Below, piece by piece: positions 41,604 to 55,050 of a stretch of DNA of 64,000 nt (position 1 is its first letter; each line of letters starts with the position of its first letter). The translations under genes and the position numbers were made by a program. The notes beneath the pieces are model-generated. The model was not told the DNA's origin and made no database searches. It worked only from the letters and a program-made list of their open reading frames with translations. The stretch comes from Octopus sinensis (Eukaryota). The stretch lies in the NCBI RefSeq assembly GCF_006345805.1, contig NC_043002.1:32302001-32366000 (forward strand). The letters are read 5' to 3'.

Positions 41604-41865
41604 ACAGCCAGACGGACAGATAGACAAACAGACAGACAGATGGGTAGATAGATAGATGGCTAGATAGATGGATAGATAACTTTCTTTATTTGCCAGAGAT
41701 AAACAGACAGATGGATAGATAGACAGACAGACAGACAGACTGACAGATAAATAGATAGAGAGATAAATAAACAAACCGACAAACAGATAGACAAGCAGAC
41801 AGACAGACCGATAGATAGATAGATATACAGATAGACAGACAAACAGATAGATTGAGAGAGAGACT
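41270..41865. repeat. Compound (GATA/GACA)n tract containing an about 20 bp Tx1 3'-end stub at 41678-41696
   Basis: ...gatagataactttctttatttgcca resembles the Tx1 3' termini at 27211 and 37832. Confidence 0.8.
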
Positions 41866-42257
41866 TACATGTATACATGCATACATAACGGATAGACTGC
41901 TTTTTGATGACAGTATCAGCCCCCTGGCTTCTAGATTCAATCTCACTGTTGTAAACTTTGACTTTCCAGGGGTTTAGTCTTCATTATCTCATACTTTTTC
42001 GTACTTTCTGCCGCTCATCATCTTTTTCTCGAGGAAATCAGTTGTGGTCAGACATGAAAAAGGATAGGCTCTACCATAATTAATATTTGACCAAGACACT
42101 CTCTATGTCACAACAGCACTCTTCTAATTCCGTCAAGGAGTTGAAGGCACAAAGCATGGCAACTCATATGCATGCATGCATGTGTGTATGTATGTATGTA
42201 TGGATGGATGGATGGATGCATGTATGCATCTCTCTTTCTCTCTCTCATATGTATATG

Positions 42258-42331
<74 letters not shown>

Positions 42332-42751
42332 CATACATACATATACAAACCGGACATGGTTTTAAATAAGAAAAAAAAGCATAAATTCGGATCCGTGTCA
42401 GAAGAAATTGACATCTTTCCTATATTACAAAAAAACAAAAAAACTTTTAGCCGCAAAATTCAAACAGTATATACCCCAAAATATTTTCCACTGCAAAAGA
42501 CTCGAAACAATTTGTGAAACCTTTATTTTCCTTACTCCTTCTCGTCCTTTTGACATCTGTGATATATGTTTGCATTCATTATATATGTCAAACACACCTT
42601 AAGAAAATGTGTACTAATTTATTTTCAGTGGAATTATAATACGAAAACATTTATTCTGTGAAAACAGACCTAAATATTTTTACTCGTCATACATATAAAC
42701 ATAGAGTATAAATTTATTCTCCCCTTCTCTTAAAAAAGTTCAAAGTTATTT

Positions 42752-43025
42752 AAGTGGATTCAGTAGACGGAAACTGAAAGAAGCCCCTCGTATACATCCA
42801 CGCGCGTGCACTCACACATACACACTTATATGTAGGTATGTATGTGTGTCATTGAGTGTGTGTGTGTGTTTCTTTGTGTATGTCTTTGTAAGTGTCTTTG
42901 TCCCCACCGCCACTTGACAACTGGTGATGTTGTGTTGATGTCTTCGTAACTTAGCGGTTCGACCAAAGAGTTGATAGGATAAGAAATAGGCTCAAAATAG
43001 GTCCTAGGTTCGATTTGCTTGACCA
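42752..43025 (+). mobile_element. Diverged long-family SINE, 3' part
   Basis: gtggattcagtagacggaaactgaaagaagccc...cgtaacttagcggttcg...ggttcgatttgcttgacc. Confidence 0.75.
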
Positions 43026-43099
43026 AAAAAACATATAATATATATATGCCTATATACATACATTTGTATATGTAAATGTATGTATAAATACACACACAA

Positions 43100-43205
<106 letters not shown>

Positions 43206-43727
43206 TACATTCACATATTTCATATATCACACACATGAGATAGTTAAACTCATATTTATTAAAAAATTGCTTAAGACAGACGTCTGGTTTTCGTTCAGAA
43301 AATTGTATATCATTACGAATAAATTAAAGACACTAACTTTCGTTTCTTTCTGTTGAGTTAAGGAGTTCTAACAGTTACTATGCATAATTGCTAATGTAAT
43401 ATTTATGAATGTACAAAAAACCTGTTCTCATCTATAACTGATCATTATGTAATTTGAATGACAATAGTTTTCGCTTCTACCAGATTGGAAATTGTGTACA
43501 ATATAAGGCATGTAACTTATAAGGGTAATATAGTAGTTACTATTTAAATATTTATACAAAACTATATATTTCTAAAGGACGTAGTAAATATGTTTTGCAT
43601 AATATATTATGGTCAAAGAAAAAGGGTCCTTCGGAGTATATATGATATAATGTAATGTAATATGTGATATAATGTAATATTGTGTATATAGCTACATATA
43701 TGTACGTGTATATATATACTTGTCTAT

Positions 43728-44100
43728 AAGGCAGCGAGCTGGCAGAAACGTTAGCACGCCGGGCGAAGTGCGTAGCCGTATTTCGTCTGCCGTTACGTTC
43801 TAAGTTCAAATTACGCCGAGGTCGACTTTGCCTTTCATCTTTTCGGAGTCGATAAAAATAAGTACCAGTTACGCACTAAGGTCGATGTAATCGACTTAAT
43901 CCATTTGTCTGTCCTTGTTTGTTCCCCTCTGTGTTTAGCCCCTTGTGGGTAGTAAAGAAATAGGTATTTCGCCTGTCGCTACGTTCTGAGTTCAAATTCT
44001 GCCGAGGTCGACTTTGCCTTTAGTCCTTTCGAGGTCAATAATTTAAGTAACACTTGCGTACTGGGGTCGATTTAATCGACTGGCCCCCTCCCAAGAAAAA
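43728..44100 (+). mobile_element. Two tandem short-family SINE copies: full 43728-43962 and partial 43963-44100
   Basis: The block tacgttctgagttcaaatt...gaggtcgactttgccttt is repeated. Confidence 0.82.
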
Positions 44101-44180
44101 GTAGAAAAGAATAACATACTTATCTATAAACATTCGCACACACACCCACATATATACATACTTATACATATCTATCCATT

Positions 44181-44211
<31 letters not shown>

Positions 44212-44540
44212 ATATATATATATATATATATATACAAATTGAGATAGGGGTTGTAAATGCAACCCTCCATGGGATAACATATATCCAATATACTGCTAGT
44301 GAAGTACCCAACAAAGTTAATACATAAATTTTAATGATTGCGATGCAATCAATTTATTTACTGTATTATATGGGCAAAGGTAAAATGATTTACCACAAAT
44401 TACTAATACAAGATAAGAAAATGGAGAATATATATATATATATATATGTACTCTGTGTGTGTGTGTGTGTGATGTCAAAAGTAAATACACTCCATCATAT
44501 TTTTAAATAATTACTTCTAAAAACAAAATAATGTACTTTA

Positions 44541-44742
44541 ATACTAAGGGGTGCTGAAAAGTTCCTGGGTTGAAGGTATAGCTAAAGGCCTGCTTGGGGA
44601 ACCAAGCTTCTAAACTCTTTTACAGGGCTCAGAAAAATTGAAGGATTGTTGCAATAAGTGTGTGAATCTTAGAGGGGAATAAAATCATAATTAACTCTTC
44701 TTCCTGTATATTCTTTTACACAAAACCACGAACTTTTCATTA
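44541..44742 (+). mobile_element. Mariner-derived deletion derivative (MITE)
   Basis: Starts tactaaggggtgctgaaaagttcctgg and ends in a decayed inverted copy aaaaccacgaacttttca. The internal CNKCVNLRGE resembles a mariner transposase C-terminus. Confidence 0.55.
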
Positions 44743-45177
44743 ATATGAGTATCAAATTTAGCATTTAGTACAAGATTGCAGTTTTTAATCATTTAATCAA
44801 TTTGAGTGGAAAAAAATGTGAGTATAGATATAATGGTGTGCCGAGGGCTGTCTATTTATATCTTGTAAGTGTATACACGGTTTATGTCTCATTCTTTATT
44901 TTTTCCAGAATGTACGAGTGTGTGTGTGTGTGTGTGTGTGTGTGCATGCGTGCGCACACATTTGTTTTTGTATGGGTGTGTGTGAGTGTGCGCATATATA
45001 GTCATAGGTATATAGATACCTACATACACATATATCTGGTATTAAGTAGCCATCACGTAGAGGCAAATACGATTAGCTAGCATGTAGTATTTTTACGCTA
45101 ATTTCTTAGATTCTATGTAGCCATGAGCAGACACAAATTGAGGGCTGAGAAGAGAGAGATATAGAGAGGATAAGAGA

Positions 45178-45205
45178 GAGAAATAAATAAATAAATAAAT
45201 AAATA

Positions 45206-45277
<72 letters not shown>

Positions 45278-45280
45278 GAG
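45178..45280. repeat. (AAAT)n(AAAG)n microsatellite
   Basis: Direct reading of the sequence. Confidence 0.95.
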
Positions 45281-45689
45281 ATATAGAGAATCGGTCTACA
45301 CCGATGCTAGCCTTTTACAGAATTCCAGTTAAGAAGACCGGAGTAATATGAAATTAAGTCTTCTCAATGAAAAGATCTTTCTTCCAGCCCTAAAATCGAA
45401 CCCATGAACTTATGATCAGATATGATTCCGCTAACATGCAGTCGTTGCACCTTCAACCTGATATCTACACATATACATAATTATATAACTAAGAAGACGT
45501 CTCTCTCTATATATATATGCCTGTATGTTGAGCATTCTCATTTCGACGTATAAGCGTCCAGTTGTTCTATATGTTGGAAAATATGATTACCAAATCAACA
45601 GGTAAAATTGCTAATATTTTATAGAAACATGTACACCTGAATCAGTGTGACAATTATATAGATACACACATACACTCATATATACAGAC

Positions 45690-45739
<50 letters not shown>

Positions 45740-45743
<4 letters not shown>

Positions 45744-46200
45744 GGTAGTTGTCTACTCCACATGCAGAGTCTGACTGCCTCCTGTACCTACATCAGGGCA
45801 TCTGATGTGGCTTTTTAAACCAGACAATGTTTTGAAAAGATACCCACTTAGATTGCATATCCGATTTGGAACATCAAAAACTGCAGATAAGTTCTGATCT
45901 TTGTAGATCTTAAAATATCTTTTGAGGCCTCCGTTAGATTTGCAATCCCTCTGGCACACATTGCATTGAAAGGTGTGCACAGACATAGAAGCAGATTAGT
46001 TGATGGACGTTAGTTTTCTATGGGTTCACAAATGAGATTTGAGCCCAGAAAAGAAAGGCATGGTCTGTCACAAACTGGGCACACAAAAAGTTAAATGTGC
46101 AAACTTTAAATTATCAAGCAGCTTGCAAAGATTCGACGATGCTATAGAAAGTATCAATCTTAATCCAAACAAGCTATATATTGAAGAAGTAACAGAGTGA
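45740..46200 (-). mobile_element. RTE-type LINE 3' end with decayed C2H2 fingers
   Basis: FQCNVCQRDCKSNGGLKRYFKIY and RICNLSGYLFKTLSGLKSHIR, the same architecture as 550-804. Confidence 0.6.
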
Positions 46201-46701
46201 CTGAGGGTCTGAGAGTTTTGTACGTTGGTTTAGTCCATTATCTTTCAAATGGACTAAACAGAACAGGAGGAGACACATGGGATGGAGCGTTTCTGAAGAG
46301 GTCACGGGAGGTGGAAAGAGAATTTTCTGGACAAAAGACAACAGAAAAAGAACAATAAGGAATCATTTTGTTTTCTTTTGTTTTTGTTTTTTGCCAAATA
46401 AGCGAACGCACTATGTTTATCTACCTTTTTCACTTCAGTGATATTATTTTCTTATTTTATGGTCTTTTGTCTGGAAATAGAAGCAATGGAGGCTTACTAA
46501 TGACAATTCGTACTAAGATGAAACGGTGCATCTAGTATTCTAGCTTTGCTTCGCTCATGGGGCTGTTATCTATCCTGTCAGTATATATAAATGTGGTCTT
46601 ATACATCTATAAGCGGTTTGACTCTTATTTTTAGCAATATATATATGCTTGCAGCACATACAGTCGCAATTAGTGACGGCACGCAAACACACACGCAAAC
46701 A

Positions 46702-46787
<86 letters not shown>

Positions 46788-46789
46788 AA

Positions 46790-46940
46790 AAGCTGCAAAA
46801 TTATCACTGACAACTGTTACTCAGAGTTTTACATTCCCCTTCTTCGAACAGTTCTGATGAAATTATATTACTCTACCTCTGGTATAAGAGTACTATTTTT
46901 TACATCTTTTTTGCCGTTATGTGCTCCTCTGGATATCTGT
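46790..46940. mobile_element. PLE terminal-repeat remnant of the 24750-24935 family in a rearranged/inverted layout, with a decayed hammerhead (46812-46853, minus)
   Basis: aactgttactcagagttttacattccccttcttcgaacagtt is the mutated reverse complement of 24791-24832. It is followed by the plus-oriented tattactctacctctggta, shared with about 24865. Confidence 0.7.
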
Positions 46941-47069
46941 GTATATATATATATAATATAAATATAATATAATATATATAATATATAAATATATGCATAT
47001 ATACATACATATACGTACAGACCTACATATATATGTATGTATACATGCATATATGGGTACAGGACATCA

Positions 47070-47390
47070 AAAAAATATTGAACACAATGAGAAACGAAAA
47101 CATAAAAACAAAAACATAGAAACGAACTTTTTTTTTGAACAATGAAAAATAGCAAAAATAGAAACGAGACATACAACATAATGAACATACCCCTTCTTCA
47201 GCTGTCCTTGTTTCAACTACTCCGCGTTCGAAGGCAAGGACAATACGGGACTTCATTAAAACAGTCTTTCCCGCAAAGCAGATTAAGTAAAATTTGGGGT
47301 TTTTTGCGGAGGGTGAAAGTGGTAACAAGAACAGGACAGTGAGAACAAAACAGTAAAAACAGACGGTGAGGACTGTTAAGCCAAGACGAT
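47070..47390 (-). mobile_element. Probable PLE terminal-repeat remnant (another family)
   Basis: The minus strand carries ggacagCTGAAGAagggg (half a hammerhead core). Otherwise recognised from composition only. Confidence 0.35.
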
Positions 47391-47393
47391 AGA

Positions 47394-47435
<42 letters not shown>

Positions 47436-47744
47436 TATGATAAGACAAGGTAGAAAATGCTAAAATAATTTTATCATGAAGTACATTACAATACCGGTTT
47501 CCGTCTTTTAGACTTTTTCAATTAAGAGTAAAATAAGAAAAACAATTAAATTGGAAAAAATAATCAAGGCAAATTTTTTATAGATATTTCCATAGTTTCC
47601 ATTAGGTAAATATTTCAATAGCCTTCAGATAGTCTCTCTGTCTATCTGTCTGTCTCTCTCTCTCTCTTTATTCTTTTGTATACTAGGTGGCTAGTAGTAA
47701 ATCTGAAGGAATAGCTTGGGTACACAGAATTAATGGAGCAGCCG

Positions 47745-47990
47745 AGAGAGGAGGAGGAGGAGAAGAAGAAGAAGAAGAAGAAGAAGGAGAAGAAGGAGAA
47801 GAAGGAGAAGAAGAAGAAGAAAAGAAGAAGAAGGAGAAGAAGGAGAAGAAAAAGAAAAAGAAGAAGAAGAAAGAGAAGAAGAAGAAGAAGAAGAAAGAGA
47901 AGAAGGAAAAGAAGATGATGAAGGAGGAAGAGAAGTAGGAGTAGGGAAAGAAGAGGAAGAAGGAGAAAGAAATGAAAAGAAAAATACAGA
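47745..47990. repeat. (GAA/GGA)n polypurine tract
   Basis: Direct reading; source of the poly-E/K/R ORF artefacts. Confidence 0.95.
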
Positions 47991-48059
47991 AGTGCTGTAC
48001 ACAGTAACTTGTTCGTGGAATCTTATGAAAATTTACAACACTACAATCAGCAAGAAATA

Positions 48060-48590
48060 ACGAGAAACCTAAAAACTATGTTAAACTTATACAGGGCAGG
48101 GCTCACCAAGGAATACGATTATATGATTAACTTCAATAGTAATTCTACGGTCTTCCTAAGATACACAAAAGTGAAAAATTAATTAACGCATGCAGGGGAG
48201 CCACAGACATAATAGTCAAGGTACATACTCCTAATAACCTCAGATTAAGACCCATATAAGTAGGCCCCACAAGCGAAACTCACTGCCTCAGTAACCTTTT
48301 AGCCACCCACTTCAAACCATTTCTTAAGGCTATCATAAGCTACAGAAGGCACAACCTAGATTTGCTCAATCACCTCCCTGAAGCAATAAATAAAAACACC
48401 CTGCTAGTATCCTTTGGCGTAGTCAGCCTCTATTCCAATATCTCTCAAAGCCTAGGAATAGAGACAACCCAATTCTGGCTAGAGAATTACTCCAATGAAC
48501 ACCCACAGCACATCAAGAAAGAATTCTTAATAGAAGGGTTAAAATTCATCTATGGAAATATTTACCTATTTAAAGACTATGGAAATATCT
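48060..48590 (+). mobile_element. Penelope-like element reverse-transcriptase fragment (decayed)
   Basis: LPKIHKSEKLINAC...NLRLRPI*VGPTSETHCLSNLL...LLNHLP...NTLLVSFGVVSLYSNI...LGIETTQFWLE, matching the PLE RT motifs LPKIHK, LRPI and SFDVVSLYTNI. Confidence 0.85.
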
Positions 48591-49804
48591 ACAAAATACT
48601 CTGGACTCGAAAAAAGGATACATCGGTAAAGCATTTTTATGGATGGCATCGACTAACCACCTCCGTTTAAATCTGCTGGCCTTCTTCTTAAATTATAAAC
48701 AACAATTTGAAGTTGAAAATGTTCCCTCTGAAATCTATGTGCTCCACTGAGTATTTTACTTTAAAGTGGAATCTCCACTCAAGCTAATCTTTATGAGACC
48801 AAATTTGAAAAACACGTGCATTTCAGAGTGAAAATGCAACTGACACTGTCAAATATTTTTGTAATTATATTATATCAGATCAAGCAAGAAATAAATTGTG
48901 CGAAAAGATGGAACACTAAAAGTCATACTTTACAGTGTTTATTTATTTCGTTCTTATTTCGGGATGTAAATTCTGCACATTAGGACTTCATTAAGCCATC
49001 CTTCCACTAAATAAAATAAAGTACTGGGTGTATTAGGAACTGATTTAAATTAATAATATCTGGTCTTTTATTACTAAAATTGTTATACATAATGAGCATT
49101 CTGATGATTCTTGTTATACCAACGCTGTATTTCTGTTTTATAGCTCTCCTATTTCAATCTAGTAAATGTTGGTTCCTACTTCTATCGTGACTGCCATACT
49201 CTTATAATACATATTCGCATCTATATCGTTCGTTCGTAGTCTAATGTCCACTCACTACTGTCTATCATTGTTGGTATGCCTTGATACATGTATTGATTTT
49301 TAGTAGACATTACGTCTCTAGTAAAGGCACCATGACCAAGTGGATAAATTATTAAATATTGACAACCGTATGGTACTGAGTAGCGGCTGTTGTCATTGTT
49401 GTTAATTATGCCTAGATATTATCTTATCGACCAGATTTATAATGGAAATCATTCCCCCCATAGATATCGCGACCATTTAGAGATGCTTAGAAAAACTAAT
49501 ATTACCGTTTCCACTTTTCCTTATTTAAGACGGCAGGATATAATTTAAGTGCAAATTGGCAGTTATTCCTATCAGGTTCTGAGAATATAAGGAGACTTTT
49601 CCGTTTGTTGTATGGTAGTGAATTCACATCTTCTGTGCTTTCTTGTGTCTCCAGACAGGAAAATGTCTGTGAACGTAACAGGAAGTAGCTAGCTGTGAGG
49701 AATATCACTTTGAGTACATGAGCAACTAACCCAGGTGGTATCCAGGCATTTCTGGTTCTGAGAGTCCAATTTCAGGAGTTCTTATCCTTTATGGTCATGT
49801 AATA

Positions 49805-50195
49805 GGCGAAGGAGTGGATGTGTGGTAAGTAGCTTGCTTACGAAGCACATGGTTCCGGGTTCAGTTCCACTGCGTGGCACCTTGGGCAAGTGTCTCCTAT
49901 TATAGCCTCAGGTCGACCAAACTATTGTGGGTGGATTTGGTAGACGGAAATTGAAAGTAGCTCGTCGTATATATGTATATATATATATGTATGTGTGTGT
50001 GTATTTTTGTGTCTGTGTTTGTCCCCTCAACATCGCTTGAATGTGTTTACGTCCCCGTAACTTAGCGGTTCGGCAAAAGAGACCATTAAAATAAGTACTA
50101 AGCTTACAAAAAATACGTCCTGGGGTCGATTTGCTCGACTAAAGGTGGTGCTCCAGTATGGTCACAGTCAAATGACTGAAACAAGTAAAAGAGTA
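49805..50195 (+). mobile_element. Long-family SINE, full length
   Basis: Complete head-to-tail match to the other copies. Confidence 0.9.
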
Positions 50196-51420
50196 ATACT
50201 TCATTAAAACATCTCTGAAGATATCCAATCACAATGGATTACTGCAAGATTGTATAGGTAATCAAACCCTCCTCTTCCTGTGCCTGGAAACCCTATTTCA
50301 ATGAATCGCTTCGATGGAGAACTTTTCAGTCTGTCCAAACTCTGCTCGCACCACCACTACCACCACCACTACCACTACCACCAACTGATCAATGTCATTT
50401 GAATCACCTGATTGAAACATATTGATGACAATGGTAGCCAATTCATAGACATACACCAACTTTAAAAACGTCTATGATCACTTCGTTCTGACTATTATCC
50501 AGAAAATCAAAGTATTTGTACAACCTTTTCCAAGAAAAACGCTTCTAGATTTCAGCATTATCATCTTGGCCTTCAAACCTGCATTGCTACAGAAGTTTAT
50601 TGGCCACGAGACACCAATTTCTTATCCAATTGATGTAATTTCTAATATGAAGAACTATTGCATTCACCATACTTTGAGACCTGTTTAAAAATTGTTAAGG
50701 AAACAGATGGTCAGTCATAGATAACTATATATCATGGGAAACATAAATAATATCAATATAGCCAGCGATGGGGAAAGACACCGTTGAAGGGTTCATTAAA
50801 CGGAGAGTACAAAATCTCAATACAGAATATTTGACTGAGTTGATAGAGTTTCATGGAGTTTACTGATAGTCTTCGGGATTTAGCACGGCCAAACAACTAA
50901 AATGTATCTGAAGACCCTACTTTAACACCGGAAAAATTCTTACTACTGAATTCCTTAGTTACGGTTTCAGCAAAATTACGGAGTCATTGGCAATTTTATT
51001 GAAAATTACTTTGATTCAGATGTTAGCAGTGTGTCAATGAGAGGTGATGTGGGCATGATATCCTGCTATCACGAAGTATTTCATGGGAGAAGCCTCGAGA
51101 AAATGACCATATTAGATGCATTCCTCGAAAACAATGAATGTACCTCGTCCCTAATTCCAGATTTAGCCGATTCTGACCTAGTTCTCACTGCTGCTACTCA
51201 AATGAACTAATTTTGGCGTGGAAAGTGCACGAGAGACTGGAGTAAATTTAAACTACTTCATAATTTTATAACATTAGATATTTTATAATATTATTATGAC
51301 CTAATGTTACATGTAGAACATTACATGGGAATTTAGCTATATTTGTTAAGTGTTTGGTGGGTCCAACGGTGGGTCCATACATCGCAGACATCACCCACCG
51401 AATATACCAAGAAACGAGTT

Positions 51421-51822
51421 TTACTTACTCTTTTACTTGTTTCAGTCATTTGACTGTGGCTATGCTGGAGCACTGCCTTTAGTCGAGCAAATCGACCCCA
51501 GGACGTTTTCTTTGTAAGCCTAGTACTTATTCTATCGGTCTCTTTTGTCGAACCGCTAAGTTACGGGGACGTAAACACACCAGCATCGGTTGTCAAGCGA
51601 TGTTAGGAGGACAAGCACAGACTCACAAATATATACACACATATATATATACATATATACAACGGGCTTCTTTCAGTTTCCGTCTACCGAATCCACTCAC
51701 AAGGCTTTGTTCAGCCCGAGGCTATAGTAGAAGACACTTGCCCAAGGTGCCACGCAGTGGAACTGAACCCGGAACCATGTTATTCGTAAGCAAGCTACTT
51801 ACCACACAGCTATTCCTACGCC
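51421..51822 (-). mobile_element. Long-family SINE, full length
   Basis: Reverse complement of the 49805-50195 type. Confidence 0.9.
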
Positions 51823-52384
51823 TACATGTTAAGGAACTTATACTTAGCAGGCCAATCTATAAAAATAGCAGCTAAATTTTCGTCAAACAATATTTCACCG
51901 TCTCAAACATGTTTGGTAATGGGGATTTGAATTCCTCGCAAGTAGAAAAAAATCTGATTGGTCATAAACCGAATGTTTTCCTTCATAGATACACTAAAGC
52001 AAAGCTGATTTGGGACCAAATCAACAACAACAGTCATTGAAGAAGCCCGATTATGGTTGTTTCAATTGCTAGAAAGAGCGCCCAAATGTATTTCAAATTA
52101 TTCGTACTACCATCTTAGAAAGAAAATATTCATTGAGTAATGCAGTTCAAGATGTCTGAAACGTAACAAAAAGTGGGATAATCATGACCGGTCTTTTATT
52201 TTTCTACTCGGTGACTAATCTCAAGGCTAAATCTGACAACCATATGGAACCACCAGGTACTAATTTAGTACTAATTTCAATTTAGAATTGTATTGTAAAT
52301 CACTCGCCAATGGTTCATTGAGCACCCTTCATTGAGTTCATTATTCTATCTTTATATTTTCAGAATATACAGCTGTATACTGTG

Positions 52385-52490
52385 ATGGTTCTGTTGATGT
52401 GTGCCGTCCTTTTCTCAAGTCTAACACATTCTTCCACCGTAGAAACAAATCAGCAAGAACTTTTGGAAAGCTTTGAAGATTTTGCAGCAG
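52385..52490 (+). CDS. ACE: ACE-like peptidyl-dipeptidase (M2), first identifiable coding exon, encoding a signal peptide
   Basis: Acceptor tttatattttcAG ends at 52363. ATG at 52385 opens MVLLMCAVLFSSLTHSSTVETNQQELLESFEDFAA(G), a hydrophobic signal-peptide-like start. Donor GTaata at 52491 (phase 1) joins in frame to the next exon. The frame is also open from 52364, so the true start may lie in an upstream exon. Confidence 0.7.
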
Positions 52491-52619
52491 GTAATAACTT
52501 TACGCATACTAATATTATATGACTGAATGATAGGTTTTTTTCTTCTTTTTTATATAACATAGTGATAATCATTTGAGTGGAATTTGGATGATGCAAACCG
52601 TAAGGGAATGCTTTCTATG

Positions 52620-52872
<253 letters not shown>

Positions 52873-52981
52873 GTGTATTTTTCTTTAAAGTAGTCGCAAT
52901 TTAGTCGCAGATCACAAATTTATAAAGAGCTATTATTAATTCTTTGTATTTCTTTTTCTTTTTCATTAATTTTGAACGCAG

Positions 52982-53130
52982 GCCCTCAACTATTAAAGGA
53001 CTCAGTAACAAAGGAGACTGTGCAAAGATGGTTAGAACACAGCAATGAGGTTAGCAGAGTTTGGAACGAGAGGCTGAACAGTGCTCAATGGCGTTATGAG
53101 ACGAATATTTCTCAAGAAAACAGTAATCAA
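52982..53130 (+). CDS. ACE: ACE-like, coding exon 2
   Basis: Acceptor ...tttgaacgcAG ends at 52981 and donor GTaaga starts at 53131. Encodes GPQLLKDSVTKETVQRWLEHSNEVSRVWNERLNSAQWRYETNISQENSNQ, which matches the ACE N-terminal AxWxYxTNI(S/T)xEN motif. Phase 1 to phase 0. Confidence 0.88.
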
Positions 53131-54116
53131 GTAAGAATCAATTTAACTTACTTTGAATATTTAGAAACGCTTACTCAATCGGTAAAAGATTTTCAAAATG
53201 TGTTGACAAATTATTCTCTTTTGAATTTTCTTATCAAATATACAATCAAATTCGGCCCTTTTTATTCTCCTTTTTGTTATCTTTTCAAAATAGAAATCCC
53301 GATTTGTAAGGATTTTTACTTGAGATTAGAACATTAACTCAGAATATAAATACTAAATATCATGTTGTAGAGCATACTAGCGTACATAGGATTAATAAAT
53401 CGCAGAAAATAATTTCTAGTATAATCTGTAGTGCTTGTTCACATTGGTTAGCATGCATCGTACAATGATTTCATTGTTTATTATGTATATCAAATTGTAA
53501 TAAATTTTTTAAACCCTGACATTAAACGTATATAGACTATAGATATCAGATCAATTGAGCTAGTAAGCTAGAGAGACAGGGAGATTAGCAAGCTGAAGTT
53601 TGCTCCATGTATACTAAAATAAAGTAGTGTTTAACACAAATGACTTATAATGATCTTTATAATCAGGAATATTTTTTTGCAGGATGTAACTTTAGATTTA
53701 TTTTCCCTTTCCTTACACTTCATTGAATAACAAGGAAACTACTTAAACCAGGGAGATGCAAAGGATTTTCTGCAATTTTGTAAGAGGTGCCTATATGCAG
53801 AAGGGTAAAGAATAAAAAGAAAAATGTTCGACAGTTTATAGGAAACTATATATAGAAGTCCATTCCCATAAAAGTTAAACTTTGCAGTAAGGATTGAGCT
53901 ACGCACTATAACTTAAAGTAAACCAACTAAGTTATTTACATGAGACAATGTAGAAGATCGTTTAATAGCTCTAGTTAACGATATATCATAACAGAGACAA
54001 AAAGAGACTAAATGTTTAATAAAAATCCCAACGTGTAATCGCCTTTCTTTCAATATAAAGAAAGACATAATTTAAAAGCTGGAAACCGTCTGAAGAGAAC
54101 AAACAAGAATGCCTAG

Positions 54117-54218
54117 CCATTTTCCCTTCGATGATTTGGATATGAAGAGACAGCTTAGTTTGAAATCTCTAACAGCGGTACCTGAGTGTGATGCTATCAT
54201 CCGGTAAGTAGTGAATAC
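54117..54218 (+). pseudogene. Decayed partial duplicate of ACE exon 3 (3' 87 nt plus splice donor) in intron 2
   Basis: ccattttcccttcgatgatttggatatgaagagacagcttag...atcatccgGTaagtagtgaata nearly matches 54964-55065. It translates HFPFDDLDMKRQLSLKSLTAVPECDAIIR. The 5' part of the exon and its acceptor are missing. Confidence 0.85.
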
Positions 54219-54892
54219 CTAGGCGTCAAACATTTAACTACAAATATAATCATATTCTTCAGTTACGGGACTTAATGTAACAGTAAATTCTCTTTCACGT
54301 TAACTCCGGACCAGCATCAGTTCTTATTTGAAACAACATATGTCAATATAACATTTGGTTCGACATATGTAAGATTACTATATTTCCTTATCTATAAATG
54401 ATCGTTTACGCCACGATTGGGTGAATTAACTCTCCCGATGGAGGCGGGCGCTCATCTTTTTAATTTTTTTTTCTTCCTCATAAATATAATGGTAATGAAG
54501 TGGTTAAACTGCCCAAAATATTCATAGAGCTACAAATGGTACTGAATTTAGTATCCTCAAACGTTTAGTGAGATATTCAATGGTTATTGTTTAACCCTAG
54601 ATCAGCCTTAATGTAACATGCAAAATGCATATAAGGCTACGTTATCGAATGAGTCCTTCCAGTTTTCTAAGACGATAGAATGTAATATGAGAATGATTTA
54701 ACTGCTATTTCTTGAATATGGAATGGCCGTGGAGAATCTTCTACATTAACTGGTATTTTATTATTCTCAGAGGTGTGATATAAGAATTTCTGATTTTATG
54801 AAATTATTCAGGTTACATTCTCCTGCTTTGTGAATGACTCTTCATGCATTTCTCAAGACGATCACTATGTTCCTACTTTTCTACTGTTACAG

Positions 54893-55050
54893 TTAATTTC
54901 TGTCTCTATACAAAGCGACGCATGGTTCAGAAAACAGGCAAAATTTTCCAGACTGCTACTCGACCATTTTACCTTCGATGATTTGGATATGAAGAGACAG
55001 CTTAGATTGAAATCTGTAACAGCAGTACCTGAGAGTGATGCCATCATCCG
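54893..55050 (+). CDS. ACE: ACE-like, coding exon 3
   Basis: Acceptor ttttctactgttacAG ends at 54892 and donor GTaagt starts at 55051. Encodes LISVSIQSDAWFRKQAKFSRLLLDHFTFDDLDMKRQLRLKSVTAVPESDAII(R), resembling the ACE FxDxxLKRQL segment. Phase 0 to phase 2, consistent with both neighbours. Confidence 0.82.

Noticed and set aside
50350-51250. Protein-looking residual frames upstream of ACE
   Set aside because: Stop density is near random and no motif is assignable; it could not be linked to ACE by splice phase.
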